From NCBI GenBank assembly GCA_964016885.1, contig OZ024740.1:31620001-31684000 (forward strand): a stretch of 64,000 nucleotides of DNA, given 5' to 3'. A model generated the notes under the pieces. It did no database searches, was not told the origin of the DNA, and saw nothing but the letters and a program-made list of their open reading frames with translations. The stretch comes from Eledone cirrhosa (taxonomy: Eukaryota). This document shows positions 42,401-60,400 of this stretch, piece after piece (the first letter of the stretch is position 1; each line of letters opens with the position of its first letter). The translations under genes were made by a program, and so were the position numbers.

Positions 42401-45400
42401 AATATATAACACTAGTGTACAGACACAGTTGACTATATATGATATCAGTACAATATATAACACTAGTGTACAGACACACACTTGACTATATATGAAATCA
42501 GTACAATATATAACACTAGTGAACAGACAGTTGAGTATATATGATATCCGTACAATATATAACACTAATATACAGACACAGTTGACTATATATGATATCA
42601 GTACAATATATAACACTAATGTACAGATACAGTTGACTATATATGATATCAGTACAATATATAACACTAGTGTACAGACACAGTTGACTATATATGATAT
42701 CAGTACAATATGTAACACAAGTGTACAGATACAGTTGACTATATATGATATCAGTACAATATATAACACTAATGTACAGACACAGTTGACTATATATGAT
42801 ATCAGTACAACATGTAACACTAGTGTACAGACAGAGTTGACTATATATGATATCAGTACAATATATAACACTAGTGTACAGACACAGTTGAGTATATATG
42901 ATATCAGTACAATATGTAACACTAGTGTACAGACACAGTTGACTATATATGATATCAGTACAATATCTAACATTAATGTACAGACACAGTTGACTATATA
43001 TGATATCAGTACAATATGTAACACTAGTGTACAGACACAGTTGACTATATATGATATCACTACAACATGTAACACTAGTGTACAGACACAGTTGACTATA
43101 TATGATATCAGTACAATATGTAACACTAGTGTACAGACACAGTTGACTATATATGATATCATTACAAAATATAACACTAATGTACAGACACAGTTGACTA
43201 TATATGATATCAGTACAATATGTAACACTAGTGTACAGACACAGTTGACTATATATGATATCAGTACAATATGTAACACTAGTGTACAGACACAGTTGAC
43301 TATATATGATATCAGTACAATATGTAACACTAGTGTACAGACACAGTTGACTATATATGATATCAGTACAATATATAACACTAGTGTACAGACACAGTTG
43401 ACTATATATGATATTAGTACAACATATAACACTAGTGTACAGACACAGTTGACTATATATGATATCAGTACAATATATAACACTAGTGTACAGACACAGT
43501 TGACTATATATGATATCAGTACAATATATAACACTAGCGTACAGACACAGTTGACTATATATGATATTAGTACAATATGTAACACTAGTGTACAGACAAA
43601 GTTGACTATATATGATATTAGTAAAATATATAACACTAGTGTACAGACATAGTTGACTATATATGATATCAGTACAATATATAACACTAGTGTACAGACA
43701 CAGTTGACTATATATGATATTAGTACAACGTATAACACTAGTGTACAGACACAGTTGACTATATATGATATCAGTACAATATATAACACTAATGTACAGA
43801 CACAGTTGACTATATATGATATCAGTACAACATATAACACTAATGTACAGACACAGTTGACTATATATGATATCAGTACAATATGTAACACTAGTGTACA
43901 GAGACAGTTGAATATATATGATATCACTACATTATGTAAAACTAGTGTACAGACACAGTTGACTATATATGATATCAGTACAATATGTAACACTAGTGTA
44001 CAGACACAGTTGACTATATATGATATCAGTACAATATATAACACTAGTGTACAGTCACAGTTGACTATATATGATATCAGTACAATATGTAACACTAGTG
44101 TACAGACACAGTTGACTATATATGATATCAGTACAATATATAACACTAGTGTACAGACACAGTTGACTATATATGATATCAGTACAATATATAACACTAG
44201 TGTACAGACACAGTTGACTATATATGATATCAGTACAACATGTAACACTAATGTACAGACACAGTTGACTATATATGATATCAGTACAATATATAACACT
44301 AGTGTACAGACACAGTTGACTATATATGATATCAGTACAATATGTAAAACTAGTGTACAGACACAGTTGACTATATATGATATCAGTACAATATATAAGA
44401 CTAGTGTACAGACACAGTTGACTATATATGATATCAGTACAATATATAACACTAGTGTACAGACACAGTTGACTATATATGATATCAGTACAACATGTAA
44501 CACTAATGTACAGACACAGTTGACTATATATGATATCAGTACAATATATAACACTAGTGTACAGACACAGTTGACTATATATGATATCAGTACAATATAT
44601 AACACTAGTGTACAGACACAGTTGACTATATATGATATCAGTACAATATGTAACACAAGTGTACAGATACTGTTTACTATATATGATATCAGTACAACAT
44701 ATAACACTAGTGTACAGACACAGTTGACTATATATGATATCAGTACAATATATAACACTAATGTACAGACACAGTTGACTATATATGATATCAGTACAAT
44801 ATATAACACTAGTGTACAGACACAGTTGACTATATATGATATCAGTACAATATATAACACTAGTGTACAGACACAGTTGACTATATATGATATCAGTACA
44901 ATATGTAACACTAGTGTACAGACACAGTTGACCATATATGATATCAGTACAATATATAACACTAATGTACAGACACAGTTGACTATATATGATATCAGTA
45001 CAATATATAACACTAGTGTACAGACACAGTTGAGTATATATGATATCAGTACAATATATAACACTAGTGTACAGACACAGTTGACTATATATGATATCGG
45101 TACAATATGTAACACTAGTGTACAGACACAGTTGACTATATATGATATCAGTACAATATATAACACTAATGTACAGACACAGTTGACTATATATGATATC
45201 AGTACAATATATAACACTAGTGAACAGACACAGTTGACTATATATGATATCAGTACAATATATAACACTAGTGTACAGACACAGTTGACTATATATGATA
45301 TCAGTACAATATATAACACTAATGTACAGACACAGTTGACTATATATGATATCAGTACAATATGTAACACTAGTGTACAGACACAGTTGACTATATATGA

Positions 45401-48400
45401 TATCAGTACAATATGTAACACTAGTGTACAAACACAGTTAACTATATATGATATCAATACAATATATAACACTAGTGTACAGACACAGTTGACTATATAT
45501 GATATCAGTACAATATGTAACACTAGTGTACAGACACAGTTGACTATATATGATATCAGTACAATATGTAACACTAGTGTACAGACACAGTTGACTATAT
45601 ATGATATCAGTACAATATGTAACACTAGTGTACAGACACAGTTGACTATATATGATATCAATACAATATGTAACACTAGTGTACAGACACAGTTGACTAT
45701 ATATGATATCAGTACAATATATAACACTAGTGTACAGACACAGTTGACTATATATGATATCAGTACAATATGTAACACTAGTGTACAGACACAGTTGACT
45801 ATATATGATATCAGTACAACATATAACACTAGTGTACAGACACAGTTGACTATATATGATATCAGTACAATATATAACACTAGTGTACAGACACAGTTGA
45901 CTATATATGATATCAGTACAATATATAACACTAGTGTACAGACACAGTTGACTATATATGATATCAGTACAATATGTAACACTAGTGTACAGACAGGGTT
46001 GACCATATATGATATCAGTACAATATATAACACTAGTGTACAGACACAGTTGACTATATATGATATCAGTACAATATATAACACTAGTGTACAGACACAG
46101 TTGACTATATATGATATCAGTACAATATATAACACTAGTGTACAGACACAGTTGACTATATATGATATCAGTACAATATGTAACACTAGTGTACAGACAC
46201 AGTTGACTATATATGATATCAGTACAATATGTAACACTAGTGTACAGACACAGTTGACTATATATGATATCAGTACAATATATAACACTAATGTACAGAC
46301 ACAGTTGATTATATATGATATCAGTACAATATATAACACTAGTGAACAGACACAGTTGACTATATATGATATTAGTACAATATATAACACTAGTGTACAG
46401 ACACAGTTGACTATATATGATATCAGTACAATATATAACACTAATGTACAGACATAGTTGACTATATATGATATCAGTACAATATATAACACTAATGTAC
46501 AGACACAGTTGACTATATATGATATCAGTACAATATATAACACTAATGTACAGACACAGTTGACTATATATGATATCGGTACAATATATAACACTAATGT
46601 ACAGACACAGTTGACTATATATGATATCAGTACAACATATAACACTAGTGTACAGAAACAGTTGACTATATATGATATCAGTACAATATATAACACTAGT
46701 GAACAGACACAGTTGACTATATATGATATCAGTACAATATATAACACTAGTGTACAGACACAGTTGACTATATATGATATCAGTACAATATATAACACTA
46801 GTGTACAGACACACACTTGACTATATATGATATCAGTACAATATATAACACTAGTGAACAGACAGTTGACTATATATGATATCCGTACAATATATAACAC
46901 TAATGTACAGACACAGTTGACTATATATGATATCAGTACAATATATAACACTAATGTACAGATACAGTTGACTATATATGATATCAGTACAATATATAAC
47001 ACTAGTGTACAGACACAGTTGACTATATATGATATCAGTACAATATGTAACACAAGTGTACAGATACAGTTGATTATATATGATATCAGTACAATATATA
47101 ACACTAATGTACAGACACAGTTGACTATATATGATATCAGTACAACATGAAACACTAATGTACAGACAGAGTTGACTATATATGATATCAGTACAATATA
47201 TAACACTAGTGTACAGACACAGTTGAGTATATATGATATCAGTACAATATGTAACACTAGTGTACAGACACAGTTGACTATATATGATATCAGTACAATA
47301 TCTAACATTAATGTACAGACACAGTTGACTATATATGATATCAGTACAATATATAACACTAATGTACAGACACAGTTGACTATATATGATATCAGTACAA
47401 TATGTAACACTAGTGTACAGACACAGTTGACTATATATGATATCACTACAACATGTAACACTAGTGTACAGACACAGTTGACTATATATGATATCAGTAC
47501 AATATGTAACACTAGTGTACAGACACAGTTGACTATATATGATATCATTACAAAATATAACACTAATGTACAGACACAGTTGACTATATATGATATCAGT
47601 ACAATATGTAACACTAGTGTACAGACACAGTTGACTATATATGATATCAGTACAATATGTAACACTAGTGTACAGACACAGTTGACTATATATGATATCA
47701 GTACAATATGTAACACTAGTGTACAGACACAGTTGACTATATATGATATCAGTACAATATATAACACTAGTGTACAGACACAGTTGACTATATATGATAT
47801 CAGTACAATATATAACACTAGCGTACAGACACAGTTGACTATATATGATATTAGTACAATATGTAACACTAGTGTACAGACAAAGTTGACTATATATGAT
47901 ATTAGTAAAATATATAACACTAGTGTACAGACACAGTTGACTATATATGATATCAGTACAATATATAACACTAGTGTACAGACACAGTTGACTATATATG
48001 ATATTAGTACAACATATAACACTAGAGTACAGACACAGTTGACTATATATGATATCAGTACAATATATAACACTAATGTACAGACACAGTTGACTATATA
48101 TGATATCAGTACAACATATAACACTAATGTACAGACACAGTTGACTATATATGATATCAGTACAATATGTAACACTAGTGTACAGAGACAGTTGAATATA
48201 TATGATATCACTACAATATGTAAAACTAGTGTACAGACACAGTTGACTATATATGATATCAGTACAATATGTAACACTAGTGTACAGACACAGTTGACTA
48301 TATATGATATCAGTGCAATATGTAACACTAGTGTACAGACACAGTTGACTATATATGATATCAGTACAATATGTAACACTAGTGTACAGACACAGTTGAC

Positions 48401-51400
48401 TATATATGATATCAGTACAATATATAACACTAGTGTACAGACACAGTTGACTATATATGATATCAGTACAATATATAACACTAGCGTACAGACACAGTTG
48501 ACTATATATGATATTAGTACAATATGTAACACTAGTGTACAGACAAAGTTGACTATATATGATATTAGTAAAATATATAACACTAGTGTACAGACACAGT
48601 TGACTATATATGATATCAGTACAATATATAACACTAGTGTACAGACACAGTTGACTATATACGATATTAGTACAACATATAACACTAGCGTACAGACACA
48701 GTTGACTATATATGATATCAGTACAATATATAACACTAATGTACAGACACAGTTGACTATATATGATATCAGTACAACATATAACACTAATGTACAGACA
48801 CAGTTGACTATATATGATATCAGTACAATATGTAACACTAGTGTACAGAGACAGTTGAATATATATGATATCACTACATTATGTAAAACTAGTGTACAGA
48901 CACAGTTGACTATATATGATATCAGTACAATATGTAACACTAGTGTACAGACACAGTTGACTATATATGATATCAGTACAATATATAACACTAGTGTACA
49001 GTCACAGTTGACTATATATGATATCAGTACAATATGTAACACTAGTGTACAGACACAGTTGACTATATATGATATCAGTACAATATATAACACTAGTGTA
49101 CAGACACAGTTGACTATATATGATATCAGTACAACATATAACACTAGTGTACAGACACAGTTGACTATATATGATATCAGTACAACATGTAACACTAATG
49201 TACAGACACAGTTGACTATATATGATATCAGTACAATATATAACACTAGTGTACAGACACAGTTGACTATATATGATATCAGTACAACATGTAACACTAA
49301 TGTACAGACACAGTTGACTATATATGATATCAGTACAATATATAACACTAGTGTACAGACACAGTTGACTATATATGATATCAGTACAATATGTAACACT
49401 AGTGTACAGACAGAGTTGACTATATATGATATCAGTACAATATATAACACTAGTGTACAGACACAGTTGACTATATATGATATCAGTACAATATATAACA
49501 CTAGTGTACAGACACAGTTGACTATATATGATATCAGTACAACATGTAACACTAATGTACAGACACAGTTGACTATATATGATATCAGTACAATATATAA
49601 CACTAGTGTACAGACACAGTTGACTATATATGATATCAGTACAATATGTAACACTAGTGTACAGACACAGTTAACTATATATGATATCAGTACAATATGT
49701 AACACTAATGTACAGACACAGTTGACTATATATGATATCAATACAATATATAACACTAGTGTACAGACACAGTTGACTATATATGATATCAGTACAATAT
49801 ATAACACTAGTGTACAGACACAGTTGACTATATATGATATCAGTACAACATGTAACACTAATGTACAGACACAGTTGACTATATATGATATCAGTACAAT
49901 ATATAACACTAGTGTACAGACACAGTTGACTATATATGATATCAGTACAATATATAACACTTGTGTACAGACACAGTTGACTATATATAATATCAGTACA
50001 ATATATAACACTAATGTACAGACACAGTTGACTATATATGATATCAGTACAATATATAACACTAGTGTACAGACACAGTTGACTATATATGATATCAGTA
50101 CAATATATAACACTAATGTACAGACACAGTTGACTATATATGATATCGGTACAATATATAACACTAATGTACAGACACAGTTGACTATATATGATATCAG
50201 TACAATATATAACACTAGTGTACAGACACAGTTGACTATATATGATATCAGTACAATATATAACACTAGTGAACAGACACAGTTGACTATATATGATATC
50301 AGTACAATATATAACACTAGTGTACAGACACAGTTGACTATATATGATATCAGTACAACATATAACACTAGTGTACAGAAACAGTTGACTATATATGATA
50401 TCAGTACAATATGTAACACTAATGTACAGACACAGTTGACTATATATGATATCAGTACAATATATAACACTAGTGAACAGACACAGTTGACTATATATGA
50501 TATCAGTACAACATATAACACTAGTGTACAGACACAGTTGACTATATATGATATCAGTACAATATATAACACTAGTGTACAGACACACACTTGACTATTC
50601 ATGATATCAGTACAATATATAACACTAGTGAACAGACAGTTGACTATATATGATATCCGTACAATATATAACACTAATGTACAGACACAGTTGACTATAT
50701 ATGATATCAGTACAATATATAACACTAATGTACAGACACAGTTGACTATATATGATATCAGTACAATATATAACACTAGTGTACAGACACAGTTGACTAT
50801 ATATGATATCAGTACAATATGTAACACTAATGTACAGACACAGTTGACTATATATGATATCAGTACAATATATAACACTAGTGAACAGACACAGTTGACT
50901 ATATATGATATCAGTACAACATATAACACTAGTGTACAGACACAGTTGACTATATATGATATCAGTACAATATATAACACTAGTGTACAGACACACACTT
51001 GACTATTCATGATATCAGTACAATATATAACACTAATGAACAGACAGTTGACTATATATGATATCCGTACAATATACAACACTAATGTACAGACACAGTT
51101 GACTATATATGATATCAGTACAATATATAACACTAATGTACAGATACAGTTGACTATATATGATATCAGTACAATATATAACACTAGTGTACAGACACAG
51201 TTGACTATATATGATATCAGTACAATATGTAACACAAGTGTACAGATACAGTTGACTATATATGATATCAGTACAATATATAACACTAGTGTACAGACAC
51301 AGTTGACTATATATGATATCAGTACAATATATAACACTAATGTACAGACACAGTTGACTATATATGATATCAGTACAATATATAACACTAGTGTACAGAC

Positions 51401-54400
51401 ACAGTTGACTATATATGATATCAGTACAATATATAACACTAGTGTACAGACACAGTTGACTATATATGATATCAGTACAATATGTAACACTAGTGTACAG
51501 ACACAGTTGACCATATATGATATCAGTACAATATATAACACTAATGTACAGACACAGTTGACTATATATAATATCAGTACAATATATAACACTAGTGTAC
51601 AGACACAGTTGACTATATATGATATCAGTACAATATATAACACTAGTGTACAGACACAGTTGACTATATATGATATCAGTACAATATGTAACACTAGCGT
51701 ACAGACACAGTTGACTATATATGATATCAGTACAATATATAACACTAATGTACAGACACAGTTGACTATATATGATATCAGTACAATATATAACACTAGT
51801 GAACAGACACAGTTGACTATATATGATATCAGTACAATATATAACACTAGTGTACAGACACAGTTGACTATATATGATATCAGTACAATATATAACACTA
51901 ATGTACAGACACAGTTGACTATATATGATATCAGTACAATATGTAACACTAGTGTACAGACACAGTTGACTATATATGATATCAGTACAATATGTAACAC
52001 TAGTGTACAAACACAGTTGACTATATATGATATCAGTACAATATATAACACTAGTGTACAGACACAGTTGACTATATATGATATCAGTACAATATATAAC
52101 ACTAATGTACAGACACAGTTGACTATATATGATATCAGTACAACATATAACACTAATGTACAGACACAGTTGACTATATATGATATCAGTACAATATGTA
52201 ACACTAGTGTACAGAGACAGTTGAATATATATGATATCACTACAATATGTAAAACTAGTGTACACACACAGTTGACTATATATGATATCAGTACAATATG
52301 TAACACTAGTGTACAGACACAGTTGACTATATATGATATCAGTACAATATATAACACTAGTGTACAGACACAGTTGACTATATATGATATCAGTACAATA
52401 TGTAACACTAGTGTACAGACACAGTTGACTATATATGATATCAGTACAATATATAACACTAGTGAACAGACACAGTTGACTATATATGATATCAGTACAA
52501 TATATAACACTAATGTACAGACACAGTTGACTATATATGATATCAGTACAATATATAACACTAGTGTACAGACACAGTTGACTATATATGATATCAGTAC
52601 AATATATAACACTAGTGTACAGACACAGTTGACTATATCTGATATCAATACAATATATAACACTAGTGTACAGACACAGTTGACTATATATGATATCAGT
52701 ACAATATATAACACTAGTGAACAGACACAGTTGACTATATATGATATCAGTACAATATATAACACTAGTGTACAGACACAGTTGACTATATATGATATCA
52801 GTACAATATATAACACTAATGTACAGACACATTTGACTATATATGATATTAGTACAACATATAACACTAGTGTACAGACACAGTTGACTATATAAGATAT
52901 CAGTACAATATGTAACACTAGTGTACAGACACAGTTGACCATATATGATATCAGTACAATATATAACACTAATGTACAGACACAGTTGACTATATATGAT
53001 ATCAGTACAATATATAACACTAGTGTACAGACACAGTTGACTATATATGATATCAGTACAATATGTAACACTAGTGTACAGACACAGTTGACCATATATG
53101 ATATCAGTACAATATATAACACTAATGTACAGACACAGTTGACTATATATGATATCAGTACAATATATAACACTAGTGTACAGACACAGTTGACTATATA
53201 TGATATCAGTACAATATATAACACTAGTGAACAGACACAGTTGACTATATATGATATCAGTACAATATATAACACTAGTGTACAGACGCAGTTGACTATA
53301 TATGATATCAGTACAATATATAACACTAATGTACAGACACAATTGACTATATATGATATCAGTACAATATGTAACACTAATGTACAGACACAGTTGACTA
53401 TATATGATATCAGTACAATATGTAACACTAGTGTACAGACACAGTTGACTATATATGATATCAGTACAATATATAACACTAATGTACAGACACATTTGAC
53501 TATATATGATATCAGTACAATATGTAACACTAGTGTACAGACACAGTTGACTATATATGATATCAGTACAATATATAACACTAGTGTACAGACACATTTG
53601 ACTATATATGATATCAGTACAATATGTAACACTAGTGTACAGACACAGTTGACTATATATGATATCAGTACAATATGTAACACTAGTGTACAGACACAGT
53701 TGACCATATATGATATCAGTACAATATATAACACTAATGTACAGACACAGTTGACTATATATGATATCACTACAATATATAACACTAGTGTACAGACACA
53801 GTTGACTATATATGATATCAGTACAATATATAACACTAATGTACAGACACAGTTGACTATATATGATATCAGTACAACATATAACACTAATGTACAGACA
53901 CAGTTGACTATATATGATATCAGTACAATATGTAACACTAGTGTACAGAGACAGTTGAATATATATGATATCACTACATTATGTAAAACTAGTGTACAGA
54001 CACTGTTGACTATATATGATATCAGTACAATATGTAACACTAGTGTACAGACACAGTTGACTATATATGATATCAGTACAATATATAACACTAGTGTACA
54101 GTCACAGTTGACTAAATATGATATCAGTACAATATGTAACACTAGTGTACAGACACAGTTGACTATATATGATATCAGTACAATATATAACACTAGTGTA
54201 CAGACACAGTTGACTATATATGATATCAGTACAACATGTAACACTAATGTACAGACACAGTTGACTATATATGATATCAGTACAATATATAACACTAGTG
54301 TACAGACACAGTTGACTATATATGATATCAGTACAACATGTAACACTAATGTACAGACACGGTTGACTATATATGATATCAGTACAATATATAACACTAG

Positions 54401-57400
54401 TGTACAGACACAGTTGACTATATATGATATCAGTACAACATGTAACACTAATGTACAGACACAGTTGACTATATATGATATCAGTACAATATATAACACT
54501 AGTGTACAGACACAGTTGACTATATATGATATCAGTACAACATGTAACACTAATGTACAGACACAGTTGACTATATATGATATCAGTACAATATATAACA
54601 CTAGTGTACAGACACAGTTGACTATATATGATATCAGTACAATATGTAACACTAGTGTACAGACACAGTTGACTATATATGATATCAGTACAATATATAA
54701 CACTAGTGTATAGACACAGTTGACTATATATGATATCAGTACAATATATAACACTAGTGTACAGACACAGTTGACTATATATGATATCAGTACAACATGT
54801 AACACTAATGTACAGACACAGTTGACTATATATGATATCAGTACAATATATAACACTAGTGTACAGACACAGTTGACTATATATGATATCAGTACAATAT
54901 GTAACACTAGTGTACAGACACAGTTGACTATATATGATATCAGTACAATATGTAACACTAATGTACAGACACAGTTGACTATATATGATATCAATACAAT
55001 ATATAACACTAGTGTACAGACACAGTTGACTATATATGATATCAGTACAATATATAACACTAGTGTACAGACACAGTTGACTATATATGATATCAGTACA
55101 AACATGTAACACTAATGTACAGACACAGTTGACTATATATGATATCAGTACAATATATAACACTAGTATACAGACACAGTTGACTATATATGATATCAGT
55201 ACAATATATAACACTAGTGTACAGACACAGTTGACTATATATGATATCAGTACAATATGTAACACTAATGTACAGACACAGTTAACTATATATGATATCA
55301 GTACAATATATAACACTAGTGTACAGACACAGTTGACTATATATGATATCAGTACAATATATAACACTAGTGTACAGACACAGTTGACTATATATGATAT
55401 CAGTACAATATATAACACTAATGTACAGACACAGTTGACTATATATGATATCAGTACAATATATAACACTAGTGTACAGACACAGTTGACTATATATGAT
55501 ATCAGTACAATATATAACACTAATGTACAGACACAGTTGACTATATATGATATCGGTACAATATATAACACTAATGTACAGACACAGTTGACTATATATG
55601 ATATCAGTACAATATATAACACTAGTGTACAGACACAGTTGACTATATATGATATCAGTACAATATATAACACTAGTGAACAGACACAGTTAACTATATA
55701 TGATATCAGTACAATATATAACACTAGTGTACAGACACAGTTGACTATATATGATATCAGTACAACATATAACACTAGTGTACAGAAACAGTTGACTATA
55801 TATGATATCAGTACAATATGTAACACTAATGTACAGACACAGTTGACTATATATGATATCAGTACAATATATAACACTAGTGAACAGACACAGTTGACTA
55901 TATATGATATCAGTACAACATATAACACTAGTGTACAGAAACAGTTGACTATATATGATATCAGTACAATATGTAACACTAATGTTCAGACACAGTTGAC
56001 TATATATGATATCAGTACAATATATAACACTAGTGAACAGACACAGTTGACTATATATGATATCAGTACAATATATAACACTAGTGTACAGACACAGTTG
56101 ACTATATATGATATCAGTACAATATATAACACTAGTGTACAGACACACACTTGACTATTCATGATATCAGTACAATATATAACACTAGTGAACAGACAAT
56201 TGACTATATATGATATCCGTACAATATATAACACTAATGTACAGACACAGTTGACTATATATGATATCAGTACAATATATAACACTAATGTACAGATACA
56301 GTTGACTATATATGATATCAGTACAATATATAACACTAGTGTACAGACACAGTTGACTATATATGATATCAGTACAATATGTAACACAAGTGTACAGATA
56401 CAGTTGACTATATATGATATCAGTACAATATATAACACTAGTGTACAGACACAGTTGACTATATATGATATCAGTACAATATATAACACTAATGTACAGA
56501 CACAGTTGACTATATATGATATCAGTACAATATATAACACTAGTGTACAGACACAGTTGACTATATATGATATCAGTACAATATATAACACTAGTGTACA
56601 GACACAGTTGACTATATATGATATCAGTACAATATATAACACTAGTGTACAGACACAGTTGACCATATATGATATCAGTACAATATATAACACTAATGTA
56701 CAGACACAGTTGACTATATATAATATCAGTACAATATATAACACTAGTGTACAGACACAGTTGACTATATATGATATCAGTACAATATATAACACTAGTG
56801 TACAGACACAGTTGACTATATATGATATCAGTACAATATGTAACACTAGTGTACAGACACAGTTGACTATATATGATATCAGTACAATATATAACACTAA
56901 TGTACAGACACAGTTGACTATATATGATATCAGTACAATATATAACACTAGTGAACAGACACAGTTGACTATATATGATATCAGTACAATATATAACACT
57001 AGTGTACAGACACAGTTGACTATATATGATATCAGTACAATATATAACACTAATGTACAGACACAGTTGACTATATATGATATCAGTACAATATGTAACA
57101 CTAGTGTACAGACACAGTTGACTATATATGATATCAGTACAATATGTAAAACTAGTGTACAAACACAGTTGACTATATATGATATCAGTACAATATATAA
57201 CACTAGTGTACAGACACAGTTGACTATATATGATATCAGTACAATATATAACACTAATGTACAGACACAGTTGACTATATATGATATCAGTACAACATAT
57301 AACACTAATGTACAGACACAGTTGACTATATATGATATCAGTACAATATGTAACACTAGTGTACAGAGACAGTTGAATATATATGATATCACTACAATAT

Positions 57401-60400
57401 GTAAAACTAATGTACAGACACAGTTGACTATATATGATATCAGTACAATATGTAACACTAGTGTACAGACACAGTTGACTATATATGATATCAGTACAAT
57501 ATATAACACTAGTGTACAGACACAGTTGACTATATATGATATCAGTACAATATGTAACACTAGTGTACAGACACAGTTGACTATATATGATATCAGTACA
57601 ATATATAACTCTAATGTTCAGACACAGTTGACTATATATGATATCAGTACAATATATAACACTAATGTACAGACACAGTTGACTATATATGATATCAGTA
57701 CAATATGTAACACTAGTGAACAGACACAGTTGACCATATATGATATCAGTACAATATATAACACTAGTGTACAGACACAGTTGACTATATATGATATCAG
57801 TACAATATATAACACTAGTGAACAGACACAGTTGACTATATATGATATCAGTACAATATATAACACTAGTGTACAGACACAGTTGACTATATATGATATC
57901 AGTACAATATATAACACTAATGTACAGACACAATTGACTATATATGATATCAGTACAATATGTAACACTAATGTACAGACACAGTTGACTATATATGGTA
58001 TCAGTACAATATGTAACACTAGTGTACAGACACAGTTGACTATATATGATATCAGTACAATATATAACACTAATGTACAGACACATTTGACTATATATGA
58101 TATCAGTACAATATGTAACACTAGTGTACAGACACAGTTGACTATATATGATATCAGTACAACATATAACACTAGTGTACAGACACATTTGACTATATAT
58201 GATATCAGTACAATATGTAACACTAGTGTACAGACACAGTTGACTATATATGATATGAGTACAATATATAACACTAGTGAACAGACACAGTTGACTATAT
58301 ATGATATCAGTACAATATATAACACTAGTGAACAGACACAGTTGACTATATATGATATCAGTACAATATATAACACTAGTGTACAGACACAGTTGACTAT
58401 ATATGATATCAGTACAATATATAACACTAATGTACAGACACAGTTGACTATATATGATATCAATACAATATATAACACTAGTGTACAGACACAGTTGACT
58501 ATATATGATATCAGTACAATATATAACACTAGTGTACAGACACAGTTGACTATATATGATATCAGTACAAACATGTAACACTAATGTACAGACACAGTTG
58601 ACTATATATGATATCAATACAATATATAACACTAATGTACAGACACAGTTGACTATATATGATATCGGTACAATATATAACACTAATGTACAGACACAGT
58701 TGACTATATATGATATCAGTACAATATATAACACTAGTGTACAGACACAGTTGACTATATATGATATCAGTACAATATATAACACTAGTGAACAGACACA
58801 GTTGACTATATATGATATCAGTACAATATATAACACTAGTGTACAGACACAGTTGACTATATATGATATCAGTACAACATATAACACTAGTGTACAGAAA
58901 CAGTTGACTATATATGATATCAGTACAATATGTAACACTAATGTACAGACACAGTTGACTATATATGATATCAGTACAATATATAACACTAGTGAACAGA
59001 CACAGTTGACTATATATGATATCAGTACAACATATAACACTAGTGTACAGAAACAGTTGACTATATATGATATCAGTACAATATGTAACACTAATGTTCA
59101 GACACAGTTGACTATATATGATATCAGTACAATATATAACACTAGTGAACAGACACAGTTGACTATATATGATATCAGTACAATATATAACACTAGTGTA
59201 CAGACACAGTTGACTATATATGATATCAGTACAATATATAACACTAGTGTACAGACACACACTTGACTATTCATGATATCAGTACAATATATAACACTAG
59301 TGAACAGACAATTGACTATATATGATATCCGTACAATATATAACACTAATGTACAGACACAGTTGACTATATATGATATCAGTACAATATATAACACTAA
59401 TGTACAGATACAGTTGACTATATATGATATCAGTACAATATATAACACTAGTGTACAGACACAGTTGACTATATATGATATCAGTACAATATGTAACACA
59501 AGTGTACAGATACAGTTGACTATATATGATATCAGTACAATATATAACACTAGTGTACAGACACAGTTGACTATATATGATTTCAGTACAATATATAACA
59601 CTAATGTACAGACACAGTTGACTATATATGATATCAGTACAATATATAACACTAGTGTACAGACACAGTTGACTATATATGATATCAGTACAATATATAA
59701 CACTAGTGTACAGACACAGTTGACTATATATGATATCAGTACAATATATAACACTAGTGTACAGACACAGTTGACCATATATGATATCAGTACAATATAT
59801 AACACTAATGTACAGACACAGTTGACTATATATAATATCAGTACAATATATAACACTAGTGTACAGACACAGTTGACTATATATGATATCAGTACAATAT
59901 ATAACACTAGTGTACAGACACAGTTGACTATATATGATATCAGTACAATATGTAACACTAGTGTACAGACACAGTTGACTATATATGATATCAGTACAAT
60001 ATATAACACTAATGTACAGACACAGTTGACTATATATGATATCAGTACAATATATAACACTAGTGAACAGACACAGTTGACTATATATGATATCAGTACA
60101 ATATATAACACTAGTGTACAGACACAGTTGACTATATATGATATCAGTACAATATATAACACTAATGTACAGACACAGTTGACTATATATGATATCAGTA
60201 CAATATGTAACACTAGTGTACAGACACAGTTGACTATATATGATATCAGTACAATATGTAAAACTAGTGTACAAACACGGTTGACTATATATGATATCAG
60301 TACAATATATAACACTAGTGTACAGACACAGTTGACTATATATGATATCAGTACAATATATAACACTAATGTACAGACACAGTTGACTATATATGATATC

